DNA of 64,000 nucleotides, taken from positions 798-64,797 of the forward strand of contig DHMK01000040.1 of assembly GCA_002405755.1 (NCBI GenBank). Direction: 5' to 3'. The translations under genes were made by a program, and so were the position numbers. Below the pieces are notes generated by a model that saw only the letters and a list, made by a program, of their open reading frames with translations, ran no database searches and had not been told where the DNA came from. This document shows, piece by piece, positions 1 to 9,603 of the stretch. This DNA comes from Clostridiales bacterium UBA4644. Lineage in GTDB: Bacteria > Bacillota > Clostridia > Oscillospirales > Butyricicoccaceae. Position 1 is the first letter of the stretch. Every line of letters begins with the position of its first letter.

Positions 1-656
<656 letters not shown>

Positions 657-677
657 CCCGGAAAAGCGCCCTTTCGA

Positions 678-706
678 TTGCATGAGGAAACAGAATATGC
701 TATGAT
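678..706 (+). promoter_or_regulatory. sigma-A-type promoter candidate for comM (TTGCAT-17 nt-TATGAT)
   Basis: Hexamers at 678-683 and 701-706 with a 17-nt spacer, about 64 nt upstream of the comM ATG. Confidence 0.4.
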
Positions 707-769
707 GGAAAAAACCGGCGTCCGGAAAAACACGCCGGAACAAAGAGAAAACAGCGGGAGGAAAGCGCT

Positions 770-2293
770 ATGGTAGCAAATATCCATTCCTGCGGGATCG
801 TTGGCATCAAGGGCCAGCCGGTGCTGTGTCAGTGCGATCTCAGCGGCGGGCTGCCGCAATTTGAAATCGTGGGTCTGCCGGACGCTTCGGTGAAGGAGGC
901 CCGGGACAGGGTCCGGGCGGCGGTGAAAAACTGCGGCTTCAATTTTCCTCAGCGGCGCATCACGGTGAATCTTGCCCCCGGCGACCTGAAAAAGGAGGGT
1001 CCGGTCTACGATCTGCCCATGCTGGTGGGTCTGCTGTGCGCCTCCGGCCAGCTCCCGCCCCCGCCTGCCGACGCAGGCTTTCTGGGCGAGCTGACCCTGG
1101 AGGGCAGGCTCCAGCCGGCCTCCGGCGTACTGCCCATGGCCATGGCCGCCCGGGAGGCGGGGCTGACGGCCCTCTTCGTCCCGGCGGAAAACGCCGCGGA
1201 AGCCAGCGTCTGCCAGGGGCTGACGGTCTATCCCGTCCGGGATGTGGCCCAGCTGACCCGGCATCTGGAGGGCGCGGAGCCCATCCCGCCGGAGCCGCCC
1301 TTCCAATTTCATACCGTCCGGCCGGACAGCCTGGACTTTGCCGACGTGATGGGGCAGGAGAGCGTCAAGCGTGCGCTGGAGATCGCCGCCGCCGGCTCCC
1401 ACCATATCCTGATGATCGGCCCGCCGGGCAGCGGCAAGAGCATGCTGGCCAAGCGCCTGCCCTCCATCCTGCCGGATCTGACGCTGGAGGAATCGCTGGA
1501 GAGCAGCAAGGTCTATTCCGTGGCGGGGCTTTTGGGCAAGCATCAGCCCATGCTCCAGGCCCGGCCCTTCCGCAGCCCCCATCATACGGTCTCCGCCGTG
1601 GGCATGGCCGGCGGCGGCGCAGGACGGACCCGGCCGGGGGAGATCTCCCTTTCCCACAACGGCGTTTTGTTTCTGGATGAGCTGCCGGAGTTTCGCCGGG
1701 ATGTGATCGAGACCCTGCGCCAGCCGCTGGAGGACGGACAGGTCACCGTCTCCCGCATCAGCGGCAGCTGCACCTATCCCAGCCGCTTTATGCTGGTGTG
1801 CGCCATGAATCCCTGCCGCTGCGGCTATTTCGGTCATCCCTCCGGCCGATGCACCTGTTCGGAGCAGAGCATCCGCAATTACCGCAAGAAGATCTCCGGC
1901 CCCATGCTGGACCGGATCGACCTGCACATCAATGTGCCCAGCGTTCCCTATGAGCAGCTGAAGGACCGGAAGCCCGCAGAAAGCTCGGAGCACATCCGGG
2001 AGCGGGTCAACCGGGCCCGGGACATCCAGAAGCGCCGCTATGCCGGGACGGGCATCTACTGCAATGCCCAGCTGCTGCCCGGCATGATGCTGGACTGCTG
2101 CCCGCTGACGGAGGAGGCCCGGCTGCTGATGGAGGGAGCCTTTGACAGGCTTGGCCTTTCCGCCCGGTCCTACGATCGGATCCTGAAGGTGGCCCGGACC
2201 ATTGCCGACCTGGCCGGGGAGGAACAGATCTCCGAGCTGCACGCGGCAGAGGCCATCCAATACCGCTCGCTGGACCGGGAAACGCTGCTTTGA
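770..2293 (+). CDS. comM: YifB/ComM family Mg-chelatase-like AAA+ ATPase
   Basis: 507-aa ORF. It has the N-terminal Lon-like domain (GLPxFxIVGLPDxxVKEARDRV), Walker A GPPGSGKS and a C-terminal ChlI-type region. A GGGAGG SD precedes the ATG at 770. Confidence 0.9.
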   Translation: MVANIHSCGIVGIKGQPVLCQCDLSGGLPQFEIVGLPDASVKEARDRVRAAVKNCGFNFPQRRITVNLAPGDLKKEGPVYDLPMLVGLLCASGQLPPPPADAGFLGELTLEGRLQPASGVLPMAMAAREAGLTALFVPAENAAEASVCQGLTVYPVRDVAQLTRHLEGAEPIPPEPPFQFHTVRPDSLDFADVMGQESVKRALEIAAAGSHHILMIGPPGSGKSMLAKRLPSILPDLTLEESLESSKVYSVAGLLGKHQPMLQARPFRSPHHTVSAVGMAGGGAGRTRPGEISLSHNGVLFLDELPEFRRDVIETLRQPLEDGQVTVSRISGSCTYPSRFMLVCAMNPCRCGYFGHPSGRCTCSEQSIRNYRKKISGPMLDRIDLHINVPSVPYEQLKDRKPAESSEHIRERVNRARDIQKRRYAGTGIYCNAQLLPGMMLDCCPLTEEARLLMEGAFDRLGLSARSYDRILKVARTIADLAGEEQISELHAAEAIQYRSLDRETLL

Positions 2294-2349
2294 CCTGTCG
2301 GGAGACAAAAGATACGCGATCTCGACGGAAAATTACAAATTGTTTTCGG

Positions 2350-2488
2350 TTTTTCACCGGCTCGTTTTGTGGAAAACCCTGTGGAGAATGTGAATAACCC
2401 GCGGAAAATCAGGCGAGATCCTTTTTCCACAGCGGTGGATTCCGGAAAAATCCCTTCCATTTTTCAGAAAAACGCGGTTTTTTCCAAA
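2350..2488. promoter_or_regulatory. cluster of DnaA-box-like 9-mers in a gene-free spacer
   Basis: TGTGGAAAA (2368-2376), TGTGGAGAA (2380-2388) and TGTGAATAA (2389-2397) lie head to tail. TTTTCCACA (2423-2431) is in the opposite orientation. Each differs from TGTGGATAA/TTATCCACA at one position. Weaker copies are TTTTTCACC (2350-2358) and TTTTCCAAA (2480-2488). Confidence 0.35.
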
Positions 2489-2570
2489 ACCAAAAGTTTA
2501 CCCCGCTTTACAATTCCCGCCGGCAAAGGCTCCGCCGGAGCCTTGCTCATGGCAGCACAGAAAAAAACAG

Positions 2571-2607
2571 CGCCGCCGCAAGCCTTGCGCATTGCGGCGG
2601 CGTTTTG
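2571..2607. terminator. bidirectional intrinsic terminator between comM and degV
   Basis: The stem CGCCGCCGCAA / TTGCGGCGGCG is flanked by an A-run (2561-2567) and TTTTG. A second small hairpin, AGGCTCC-GCC-GGAGCCT, lies at 2527-2543. Confidence 0.7.
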
Positions 2608-2625
2608 TATGAGAGAAAAACGGGT

Positions 2626-3507
2626 TCAGTGTCTGGCGGTGCGGAAGGCTTTGTCGCCGAAGAAAAACAGCGCCAGCGTCCCCGGACCCACATGCGCGCC
2701 GGTGACGGGCTCATAGCAGACCGTCATGATCTCCCGGGGCGGCATATTGCGGTTCAAAAGCTCCGCCAGAAGGGCGGCGTCCTGGGGGCAGTCGCCATGG
2801 GCGATGCCGACGGTCTGGGCGCCGGCGTCCTGCACATAGGCCTCATACTGCTCCGCCAGGGCGCGGATGGATTTTTCCCGGCCGATGACCTTGCCGAAGC
2901 CCACGATCTTGCCCTCCTCGTTGCCCTTCAGCAGGGGCTTGATGTGCAGGGCGATGCCCAGCATGGAGGCCAGATTGGACAGCCGGCCTGCGGCGCGGAG
3001 ATATTTCAGATCGCCTACGGTGAAGACCTGACACATATGATAGCGCAGCTCGTTGAGAAGGTTGGCCGTCTCCAGCAGCGGCATCCCCTGATCCCGGCAG
3101 TCGGCTGCCCGCAGCGCCATCAGGCCCTCGCCCAGCGAAGCGCTGAAGGTGTCCACAAGAATGATCTGCCGCTGGGGAAACTCCTCCCGCAGCTGGTGGG
3201 CCGCCATACAGGCGGAGGCATAAGCGCCGCTGATGCCGGAGGACATGCTCACCAGCAGGATATCCTCGCCGCGCTTCAGCATGGGCCGGAAGAAATCGAT
3301 ATATTCCTGCGGCGGGATCTGGGATGTGGAGGCCTTGCGCCCTGCGCGCATGGCGGCATAATAGGAGGGGCCGTCGAAGGCGTCCAGCGCATGGCAGGTC
3401 TGCTCCTGCCCGTCCAGATAATAATGGAAGGGGATCACGCTGATCTGCCGCTGCTGCAGCAGCGCGGTGTCCAGATTGGCGGAGGTGTCGGTGACGATGG
3501 AAAACAT
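2626..3507 (-). CDS. DegV family fatty-acid-binding protein
   Basis: 293-aa ORF with the typical DegV N-terminus MFSIVTDTSANLD and overall length; an SD-like AGAAGGA lies upstream. Confidence 0.85.
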   Translation of the reverse strand: MFSIVTDTSANLDTALLQQRQISVIPFHYYLDGQEQTCHALDAFDGPSYYAAMRAGRKASTSQIPPQEYIDFFRPMLKRGEDILLVSMSSGISGAYASACMAAHQLREEFPQRQIILVDTFSASLGEGLMALRAADCRDQGMPLLETANLLNELRYHMCQVFTVGDLKYLRAAGRLSNLASMLGIALHIKPLLKGNEEGKIVGFGKVIGREKSIRALAEQYEAYVQDAGAQTVGIAHGDCPQDAALLAELLNRNMPPREIMTVCYEPVTGAHVGPGTLALFFFGDKAFRTARH

Positions 3508-3590
3508 GAGGATCCTTCTTTCATCTAATGTGCGATATCATATTATCATGCCTGAAAGATCATTTCAAGCGCTTTTCAAAAAGCCGCCGC

Positions 3591-5390
3591 TTATTTCGTC
3601 AGCTGTTCCATTTCGTCCAGCAGCTGGCCGAACAGCTCCAGCGCGTCGTTGACGGGCTTGGGAGAGGCCATATCCACGCCGGCGATCTTCAAAAGGGAGA
3701 TGGGGTCCTGGCTGCCGCCGGAGGAAAGGAATTTCTTATAATCCGCCACGGCGGGAGCGCCCTCCTTCAGGATGCGCATGGCGATGGCGATGGCGGCAGA
3801 GAAGCCGGTGGCATACTGGAACACATAATAATCATAATAGAAGTGCGGAATGCGGGCCCACTCCATGGCGATGCCCTGATCCACCACCATCTGATCGCCG
3901 TAATAGAGCTTGTTCAGGTCGTGATAGGCCTTGCAGAGGAAGTCGGCGGTAAGCGCCTGGCCGCCCTCGGCGGCTTCGCCCATGATCTTTTCAAACTCGG
4001 CGAACATGGTCTGGCGATAGAGCGTGGTGCGGAACTGCTCCAGGAAGTGGTTGATCAGATAGGCCCGCTGCTTTTTGTCGGTGGTGGTTTTCAGCAGATG
4101 CTGCATCATCAGCACCTCATTGCAGGTGGAGGCCACCTCGGCCACGAAGATCACATAGCCCGCAGTGCACTGGGGCTGGTTCTTTCGGGAATAATAGCTG
4201 TGCAGGGAGTGGCCCATTTCGTGGGCCAGGGTGAACTGGCTGTCCAGATCGCTTTTGAAGTTGAGCAGCACATAGGGATGGGGGTCGCCGCCGGCAGAAT
4301 AGGCGCCGCCGCGCTTGCCCTCGTTTTCATAAACGTCGATCCAGCGGTGGTCGAAGCCTTCCCTGAGAATGGAGATATAATCCTCGCCCAGAACGGCCAG
4401 GGCTTCCAGCACGTTCTGCTTGGCCTGTTCAAAGGAGATGGGCTGGGAGGCCTCCGCCACGATGGGCGTGTAAACGTCATACATATGCAGCTCATCCAGC
4501 CCCAGCAGCTTTTTCCGCAGGGCCATGTAGCGATACATTTTGTCCAGATTGTTATGGACGGCCTCGATCAGGCTGTGATAGACCGAGGTGGGGACCTCCG
4601 TGCCGTCCAGCGCGGCCTCCAGCGTGGAATCGTAATGCCGGGCCTTTGCGTGGAAGATCAGCTGCCGGAACTGACTGTCCAGCATGGTGGCCAGGGAATT
4701 GCGGTAGCCGTAAAGGGTGTTGTAGAAGGTCTCAAAGGTGGTCTTGCGCAAAGCGGCGTCGTCGCCCCGCAGCAGGAACACAAGGCTCTCCTGGGTCAGA
4801 GGATGGGTCTGGCCCTTGCTGTCGGTAACGTCGGGGAAGCGCAGGTCCGCGTTGCGGAAGCTGGAGGCGATGGAGGAGGGGGCGTTGGAGATCTCGCCGG
4901 CAGCGGCCAGCAGGGCCTCCTCCTGGGGAGAGAGGATGTGCGCCTTCATGCGGCGGACCTTCTGGATGGGGCGGCGGTAGACCGTCAGCGTGGGCTCCTC
5001 CGCAAAAAAGCGCTCCAGCGTCTCGTCGGGGATGGCCAGCAGCTCAGGGACGGCAAAGGCCACGGCGCTCTCCAGGGCCACAGCCAGCGACATGGCCTTG
5101 CTGCGCATATCCTGATAAAAGCTGTTGCCCATGTCCTCGTCGCCCTTGCGGGAGGCGTAGTTAAAAAGCAGCATGAGGCGGCGCTCCGCCTCGTCAGAGG
5201 CCTTGAAATAGGCCAGCAGATCAGCGGCGCTGCGGCCCAGCCTGCCCTGGAAGGCGGCACACTGGCCGGGAAGGTCCTTCAGGATCTCATACTCTGCGCT
5301 CCAGGCGGCGTCGGAGGGAAAGATATCCTCGGTGGCCCAGGTGTTTTCCTTTTTGACCTCGCTGCGCTTGGGGATGCGGTTTTCTGCCAT
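3591..5390 (-). CDS. pepF: oligoendopeptidase F (M3B family)
   Basis: The ORF track gives 3591..5405. I prefer the ATG at 5390 (MAENRIP..) because GGAGGA lies 6 nt upstream of it. The zinc motif HEMGH is present. Confidence 0.88.
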   Translation of the reverse strand: MAENRIPKRSEVKKENTWATEDIFPSDAAWSAEYEILKDLPGQCAAFQGRLGRSAADLLAYFKASDEAERRLMLLFNYASRKGDEDMGNSFYQDMRSKAMSLAVALESAVAFAVPELLAIPDETLERFFAEEPTLTVYRRPIQKVRRMKAHILSPQEEALLAAAGEISNAPSSIASSFRNADLRFPDVTDSKGQTHPLTQESLVFLLRGDDAALRKTTFETFYNTLYGYRNSLATMLDSQFRQLIFHAKARHYDSTLEAALDGTEVPTSVYHSLIEAVHNNLDKMYRYMALRKKLLGLDELHMYDVYTPIVAEASQPISFEQAKQNVLEALAVLGEDYISILREGFDHRWIDVYENEGKRGGAYSAGGDPHPYVLLNFKSDLDSQFTLAHEMGHSLHSYYSRKNQPQCTAGYVIFVAEVASTCNEVLMMQHLLKTTTDKKQRAYLINHFLEQFRTTLYRQTMFAEFEKIMGEAAEGGQALTADFLCKAYHDLNKLYYGDQMVVDQGIAMEWARIPHFYYDYYVFQYATGFSAAIAIAMRILKEGAPAVADYKKFLSSGGSQDPISLLKIAGVDMASPKPVNDALELFGQLLDEMEQLTK

Positions 5391-5447
5391 GATCGTTTCC
5401 TCCATTTGTGTGATTCATTTATTTACTTTCTTCCGAATGGACTGCTT

Positions 5448-6290
5448 TTATTCCGCCGGCGGCGCTTTTGGGGCGGTGCGGCGGTTGATGGCAGACAGCG
5501 CCGCCAGCAGCAGCGCCGCGCTGCCGAGAAAGGCCAGCACGATGGCCGTGCCGTTTTCTCCGTAATGCTCCGCAAACCAGGAAAACAGGAAGGAGGAGCC
5601 GTTAAAGACGATGTGCATGGCGATGCAGGGCCGCAGGCTGTCAGTGCGCTTGCGCACATAGCCCAGAATACAGCCCACCGCCCCGGCGTAGATCATCCAG
5701 ATGGGACTGGAATGGACGCCGCCGAACAGGATCCCCTGAAAAATAGCCGCAGCCCCGGCCGGGACCATGGCGCAGAAGGCCTCGTAGATCAGACCGCGGA
5801 ACAAAAGCTCCTCGATCACCGGGCCGGCCAGCACGGTGGCCGCCACATCCAGCAGGGGAGAGGCCGTGGTGAGCGTGGAGGAGGCCTCCTCATAAACGCT
5901 GACCCATGCCTTCGGCCAGGGAAACAGCGCCACGGCCATGGAGGTCCAGAAGGCTGCCGCCAGCCCCAGAACCGCGCCCAGAAGCACCAGCGCCGGCGTG
6001 CTTTTCCGGTCAAGACCGGTATATTGGCCCAGGCCTTTGTGATTTTTGCGGGCAAGCAGCAGCAGCACCAGGATCACGATCCCATAGGAGATCAGCAAAA
6101 GCTCGGTCTGGTGTTCGTTGATCAGCTCCAGCAGCTGGGCGTCGATCTCTGCAAGGCTGCCGCCGGAGGACAGAAGACTGCGGCCGCGGATCAGCGTCAC
6201 CGCCAGACTGGCCAGCAGCTGAGAGCCCAGCAGCAGGCCAACAAAGCCGACGATCCGCACAAACGGCGCATAACGGGATCTGTGTTTCAT
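5448..6290 (-). CDS. CPBP (CAAX/Abi) family intramembrane protease
   Basis: Polytopic membrane protein with the EELLFRG motif and a later H-containing motif (GGVHS). I prefer the start at MKHRSRY (6290), which has an AGAGGGG SD; the ORF track extends to 6353. Confidence 0.8.
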   Translation of the reverse strand: MKHRSRYAPFVRIVGFVGLLLGSQLLASLAVTLIRGRSLLSSGGSLAEIDAQLLELINEHQTELLLISYGIVILVLLLLARKNHKGLGQYTGLDRKSTPALVLLGAVLGLAAAFWTSMAVALFPWPKAWVSVYEEASSTLTTASPLLDVAATVLAGPVIEELLFRGLIYEAFCAMVPAGAAAIFQGILFGGVHSSPIWMIYAGAVGCILGYVRKRTDSLRPCIAMHIVFNGSSFLFSWFAEHYGENGTAIVLAFLGSAALLLAALSAINRRTAPKAPPAE

Positions 6291-6338
6291 GAAAGCCCCT
6301 CTTTGTTTTCGTAGGATAAACTTTATTATAAACGGTTC

Positions 6339-6367
6339 TTGCGGGATTTGCAATCCGGCTGTATAAT
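6339..6367 (+). promoter_or_regulatory. sigma-A-type promoter candidate for nth (TTGCGG-17 nt-TATAAT)
   Basis: Hexamers at 6339-6344 and 6362-6367 with a 17-nt spacer. Confidence 0.45.
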
Positions 6368-6407
6368 CAATTCAAGAGGAGTTTACATTTAGGCGGTGAT
6401 CTGACCT

Positions 6408-7046
6408 GTGACAACAAAGGAAAAAGCGGCGGCGGTGGTGGATATCCTGAAGAGGCGCTATCCGGACACCTGCTCGCTGGTGGCGGAAAAGGATTATGAG
6501 CTGCTGTTTTCCACCCGGCTCTCGGCCCAATGCACCGATGCCCGGGTGAATGTGGTGACGAAGGAGCTTTACGCCCGCTATCCCACGCTTCAGGCCCTGG
6601 CGGAGGCGGATCTGGAGGAGCTCTGCGCCATCGTCAAGCCCTGCGGCCTGTTCCGCACCAAGGCAAACGATATCAAAAGCAGCGCAAATCTGCTGCTGGA
6701 GCGCTTTGGCGGCAGAGTGCCGGACACCATGGAGGAGCTGCTGACCCTGCCCGGCGTGGGCCGGAAAACGGCCAACCTGATCCTTTCCGACATTTACGGC
6801 AAGCCGGCCATCGTAGCGGATACCCATTGCATCCGCATCAGCAATCGGCTGGGGCTGGTGCCGCCGGCCTGCGGGAAGGATCCTTATAAGGTGGAGCTGG
6901 CGCTGAAGCAGGTGGTGGAGCCTGCGGAGCAGGCCAGCCTGTGCCACCGCTTCGTGCATTTCGGCCGGGACGTCTGTACGGCCCGCAGCCCCCGGTGCGG
7001 CGAATGCCCCCTGCGGGAGCTTTGTACGCAACCTCAGAAGCTGTAA
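6408..7046 (+). CDS. nth: endonuclease III (DNA glycosylase/AP lyase)
   Basis: 212-aa ORF with a GTG start. It has the HhH-GPD motif LPGVGRKTANL and a C-terminal 4-Cys Fe-S cluster loop, CxxxxxxCxxCxxxxxC. Confidence 0.92.
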   Translation: MTTKEKAAAVVDILKRRYPDTCSLVAEKDYELLFSTRLSAQCTDARVNVVTKELYARYPTLQALAEADLEELCAIVKPCGLFRTKANDIKSSANLLLERFGGRVPDTMEELLTLPGVGRKTANLILSDIYGKPAIVADTHCIRISNRLGLVPPACGKDPYKVELALKQVVEPAEQASLCHRFVHFGRDVCTARSPRCGECPLRELCTQPQKL

Positions 7047-7064
7047 AGAATAATAGCTTTATAC

Positions 7065-7094
7065 AAAAAAGGCAGCCCGTTTGGGCTGCCTTTC
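7065..7094. terminator. bidirectional terminator between the convergent nth and pepV genes
   Basis: AAAAAA-GGCAGCCC-GTTT-GGGCTGCC-TTTC. Confidence 0.8.
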
Positions 7095-7115
7095 GAAGCT
7101 TTCCGGGAATGCGGC

Positions 7116-8519
7116 TCAGCTGCAGAGCTGCAGGATCACGTCGGTGAACATTTTCGCGCTGAGCATCAGCTCATCGATGACGGCAAACTCGTCTGCGCCA
7201 TGCATCCGGTTGTCCGTTCCGGGCAGAGCGCAGCCAAAGGCAACGCCGCCCTCGATCTCGTGGACATAGGTGCCGCCGCCGATGGCAAGGCATTCGCCCT
7301 TCAGGCCGGTATAAGCCTCATAGGTGCGGAGCAGCGTCTGGCACAGGACGGAATCGGCGGGCGTATGGTGGGGCGCAGACATCCGGGGCCGCTCCAGGAT
7401 CTCGAAATGGCATTCGTCAAAGGCCTTTTCCACCACAAAGCGCACGTTGCCCTCGTTGGCGCAGAGGGGGCAGCGGCTGTCGAACTGGGCGGTAAAGCCC
7501 GTCAGGTCCAGCTGCAGCTTGGAGAGCACCAGCGTCAGCTTTCCGGAGATCTCATCCTCCTGCGCCACGCCCAGGGCCTGACCGTAATTATCGCCGAAGG
7601 GGAAGAGCCGGGCCAGATTGCGGATGCTCTCCTGCCCGCAGGAATCTGCCAGCGGCAGCGCGGCCAGCAGGCCCAGCATGGCGATCTGAGCGTTTTTGCC
7701 CGTCTCGGGAGAAGCGGCGTGGGCGCTGACGCCCAGGGCATGGAGATGCAGCTTTCCCTTTTCCTCCGTCAGGGTGAAGGCAACGCCGGTCTCCGCCTGG
7801 TGCTTTTCCGCATAGGGGCGGACCGCTTCGGCGGAGATGCCCTCCAGCCAGGCGTCGCATTCCCGGGTGACGATGTTGGTGGTGGTGCCGCCATGGATGG
7901 CGCAGACCCGGGGCAGCGCGGGATCCTCGTCCCATTTCGCGCCGAACACGGGCTTATAGCTGCCCTTTTCAATGTTGATCACGGGATATTCCGCGTCGGG
8001 AGAGAAGCTCACCGGCGGCGCGGCCTCCAGCGGCAGATAATGATCCAGATCCTCGCTGCCCGTCTCCTCGGCGGAGCCAAGGATCAGACGAACGCCCTTT
8101 TTCAGCTGGGGGCAGAGCTCCTTGGCGGCCTTCAGCGCCCAAAGCGCAACAACGGCAGGCCCCTTGTCGTCGGCGGTGCCGCGGCCGTAGATGCGGCCGT
8201 CCCGGACGGTCATCTCATAGGGCGGCATGGTCCAGCCGGAGCCCTCGCTGACCACGTCCACATGGGCCAGAATGCCCAGATAGGCCGGCTGGGGACCGGC
8301 CTCCGCGGTGATCACATAGTTGTCAAAGTTTTTGGTGGAAAGCCCCCGCTCCTCCGCCAGCTTTTTGCTCTCCATCAGGGCTTCATAGGGCCCCTTGCCG
8401 AAGGGCATGCCCTCCTGCATGGTCTCCCGCTCGCTCTTGATGCGGACCAGACGGGCGATATCCGCCAGGATCTGCTCCTGCTTGTCCGCAAAATAGGCCT
8501 CGATCTCTTTCTGATACAT
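7116..8519 (-). CDS. pepV: M20 family dipeptidase (PepV/Sapep type)
   Basis: 467-aa ORF. The pattern HVDVV..GWT..PY and GRGTxDDKGP is typical of PepV-like M20 enzymes. A GGAGG SD is present. Confidence 0.8.
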   Translation of the reverse strand: MYQKEIEAYFADKQEQILADIARLVRIKSERETMQEGMPFGKGPYEALMESKKLAEERGLSTKNFDNYVITAEAGPQPAYLGILAHVDVVSEGSGWTMPPYEMTVRDGRIYGRGTADDKGPAVVALWALKAAKELCPQLKKGVRLILGSAEETGSEDLDHYLPLEAAPPVSFSPDAEYPVINIEKGSYKPVFGAKWDEDPALPRVCAIHGGTTTNIVTRECDAWLEGISAEAVRPYAEKHQAETGVAFTLTEEKGKLHLHALGVSAHAASPETGKNAQIAMLGLLAALPLADSCGQESIRNLARLFPFGDNYGQALGVAQEDEISGKLTLVLSKLQLDLTGFTAQFDSRCPLCANEGNVRFVVEKAFDECHFEILERPRMSAPHHTPADSVLCQTLLRTYEAYTGLKGECLAIGGGTYVHEIEGGVAFGCALPGTDNRMHGADEFAVIDELMLSAKMFTDVILQLCS

Positions 8520-8549
8520 TTGCGTTTCCTCCTTACAGACGTTCTTGAT

Positions 8550-9512
8550 CTATTGATGTTCCTGTTTTTTCAGCGGCTTTTCGGGCAAAACGCCCTCCAG
8601 ATCGAAGGGCGGCGTATATTCCTCCCGGGCGGAGCGTCGCTCCTGTCCAAAGCCCTGCAGGCCCCGCGCCCGCGCCCGCTCCGCCACCGTTTCATATTCA
8701 TAGGTGGTGATCCGCCGGTCCAGCTCCGGAAAGGCCTTGCAGGCCGGCGTTGGGGTGTATTGGCTCATGAGGCTCAGCAAAAAGGAATCCGCCGGCAGAT
8801 TGTCGTGGAGCCAATCCATCAGCCGCAGGGAATCCCGCATGCAGCCGGGCAGCACCAGATGCCGCACGATGAGCCCCCGGGTGAGCAGCCCGCCGGAATA
8901 GACCAGCCGGGGCTGCTGCCGGTGCATCTCCAGAATGGCCCGGGACGCCGCTTCAAAATAATCTGCCGCGCCGGAGTATTTTCCGGAGAGCGTCGGACTG
9001 AAATATTTCAGATCGGGGAGATAGACGTCAACGCTGCCCTCCCACAGCCGCAGCGTCTCCACCCGCTCATAGCCGCCGCAGTTCATCACCACGGGGATCC
9101 CGGGCTTTGCCAGAGAAAGCGCCTGCAGGATCTGGGGAGTAAAGTGGGTGGGCGTGACAAGATTCAGGTTGTGGACGCCGCTCTGCTCCAGCGCGGTGAA
9201 GATCTCCGCCAGCCGTCGGGGCGAAACCTCCACGCCGAAGCCCTCGCGGCTGATCCTCCGGTTCTGGCAAAAAACGCAGCCCAGCGTGCAGCCGGAGAAA
9301 AACACCGTTCCGGAGCCCTTTTCCCCGCTGATGCAGGGTTCCTCCCAGAGGTGTCTGGCCGCCCTGGCCAGGCGGATCTGCGTTCCCATGCCGCAGAAGC
9401 CCGGCGAGACCGACCGGTCCGCGCCGCAGGCGCGGGGGCATAGCATACAGCCGTTCAAGGCGCTTCCCTCCATTCTTCTGCCATCATAACACATCTCCGG
9501 GATTTCCGCCAT
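8550..9512 (-). CDS. radical SAM protein of the PflX type (PFL-activase-like, unknown substrate)
   Basis: The CX3CX2C motif is CTLGCVFC, and there is an N-terminal auxiliary Cys motif, CMLCPRAC..C. The start is uncertain: I use MAEIPEM at 9512. The 400-aa track ORF would overlap nadE and its N-terminus looks spurious. Confidence 0.75.
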   Translation of the reverse strand: MAEIPEMCYDGRRMEGSALNGCMLCPRACGADRSVSPGFCGMGTQIRLARAARHLWEEPCISGEKGSGTVFFSGCTLGCVFCQNRRISREGFGVEVSPRRLAEIFTALEQSGVHNLNLVTPTHFTPQILQALSLAKPGIPVVMNCGGYERVETLRLWEGSVDVYLPDLKYFSPTLSGKYSGAADYFEAASRAILEMHRQQPRLVYSGGLLTRGLIVRHLVLPGCMRDSLRLMDWLHDNLPADSFLLSLMSQYTPTPACKAFPELDRRITTYEYETVAERARARGLQGFGQERRSAREEYTPPFDLEGVLPEKPLKKQEHQ

Positions 9513-9603
9513 GATTTTCTTGCCTTTTTGCCGGAAAAAGTTATAATAAGAACCAGAACGTCCCGGCCGCGTCCGGGGCAGGGCCTGAAAGGAGCTGTTT
9601 TCC

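Noticed and set aside
2294-2625. The DnaA-box cluster as the chromosomal replication origin (oriC).
   Set aside because: No dnaA, dnaN or rpmH context is present. I could not identify a DnaA-trio array or a clear DUE, and gene orientation does not switch cleanly here. I keep it only as a DnaA-box-cluster candidate. GC-skew analysis of the whole replicon is needed for certainty.
2369-2716. 115-aa ORF (and 2202-2393) spanning the comM-degV spacer.
   Set aside because: It has no SD, runs through two terminator hairpins and into the 3' end of degV on the opposite strand, and has a non-protein-like composition. The region is better explained as non-coding.
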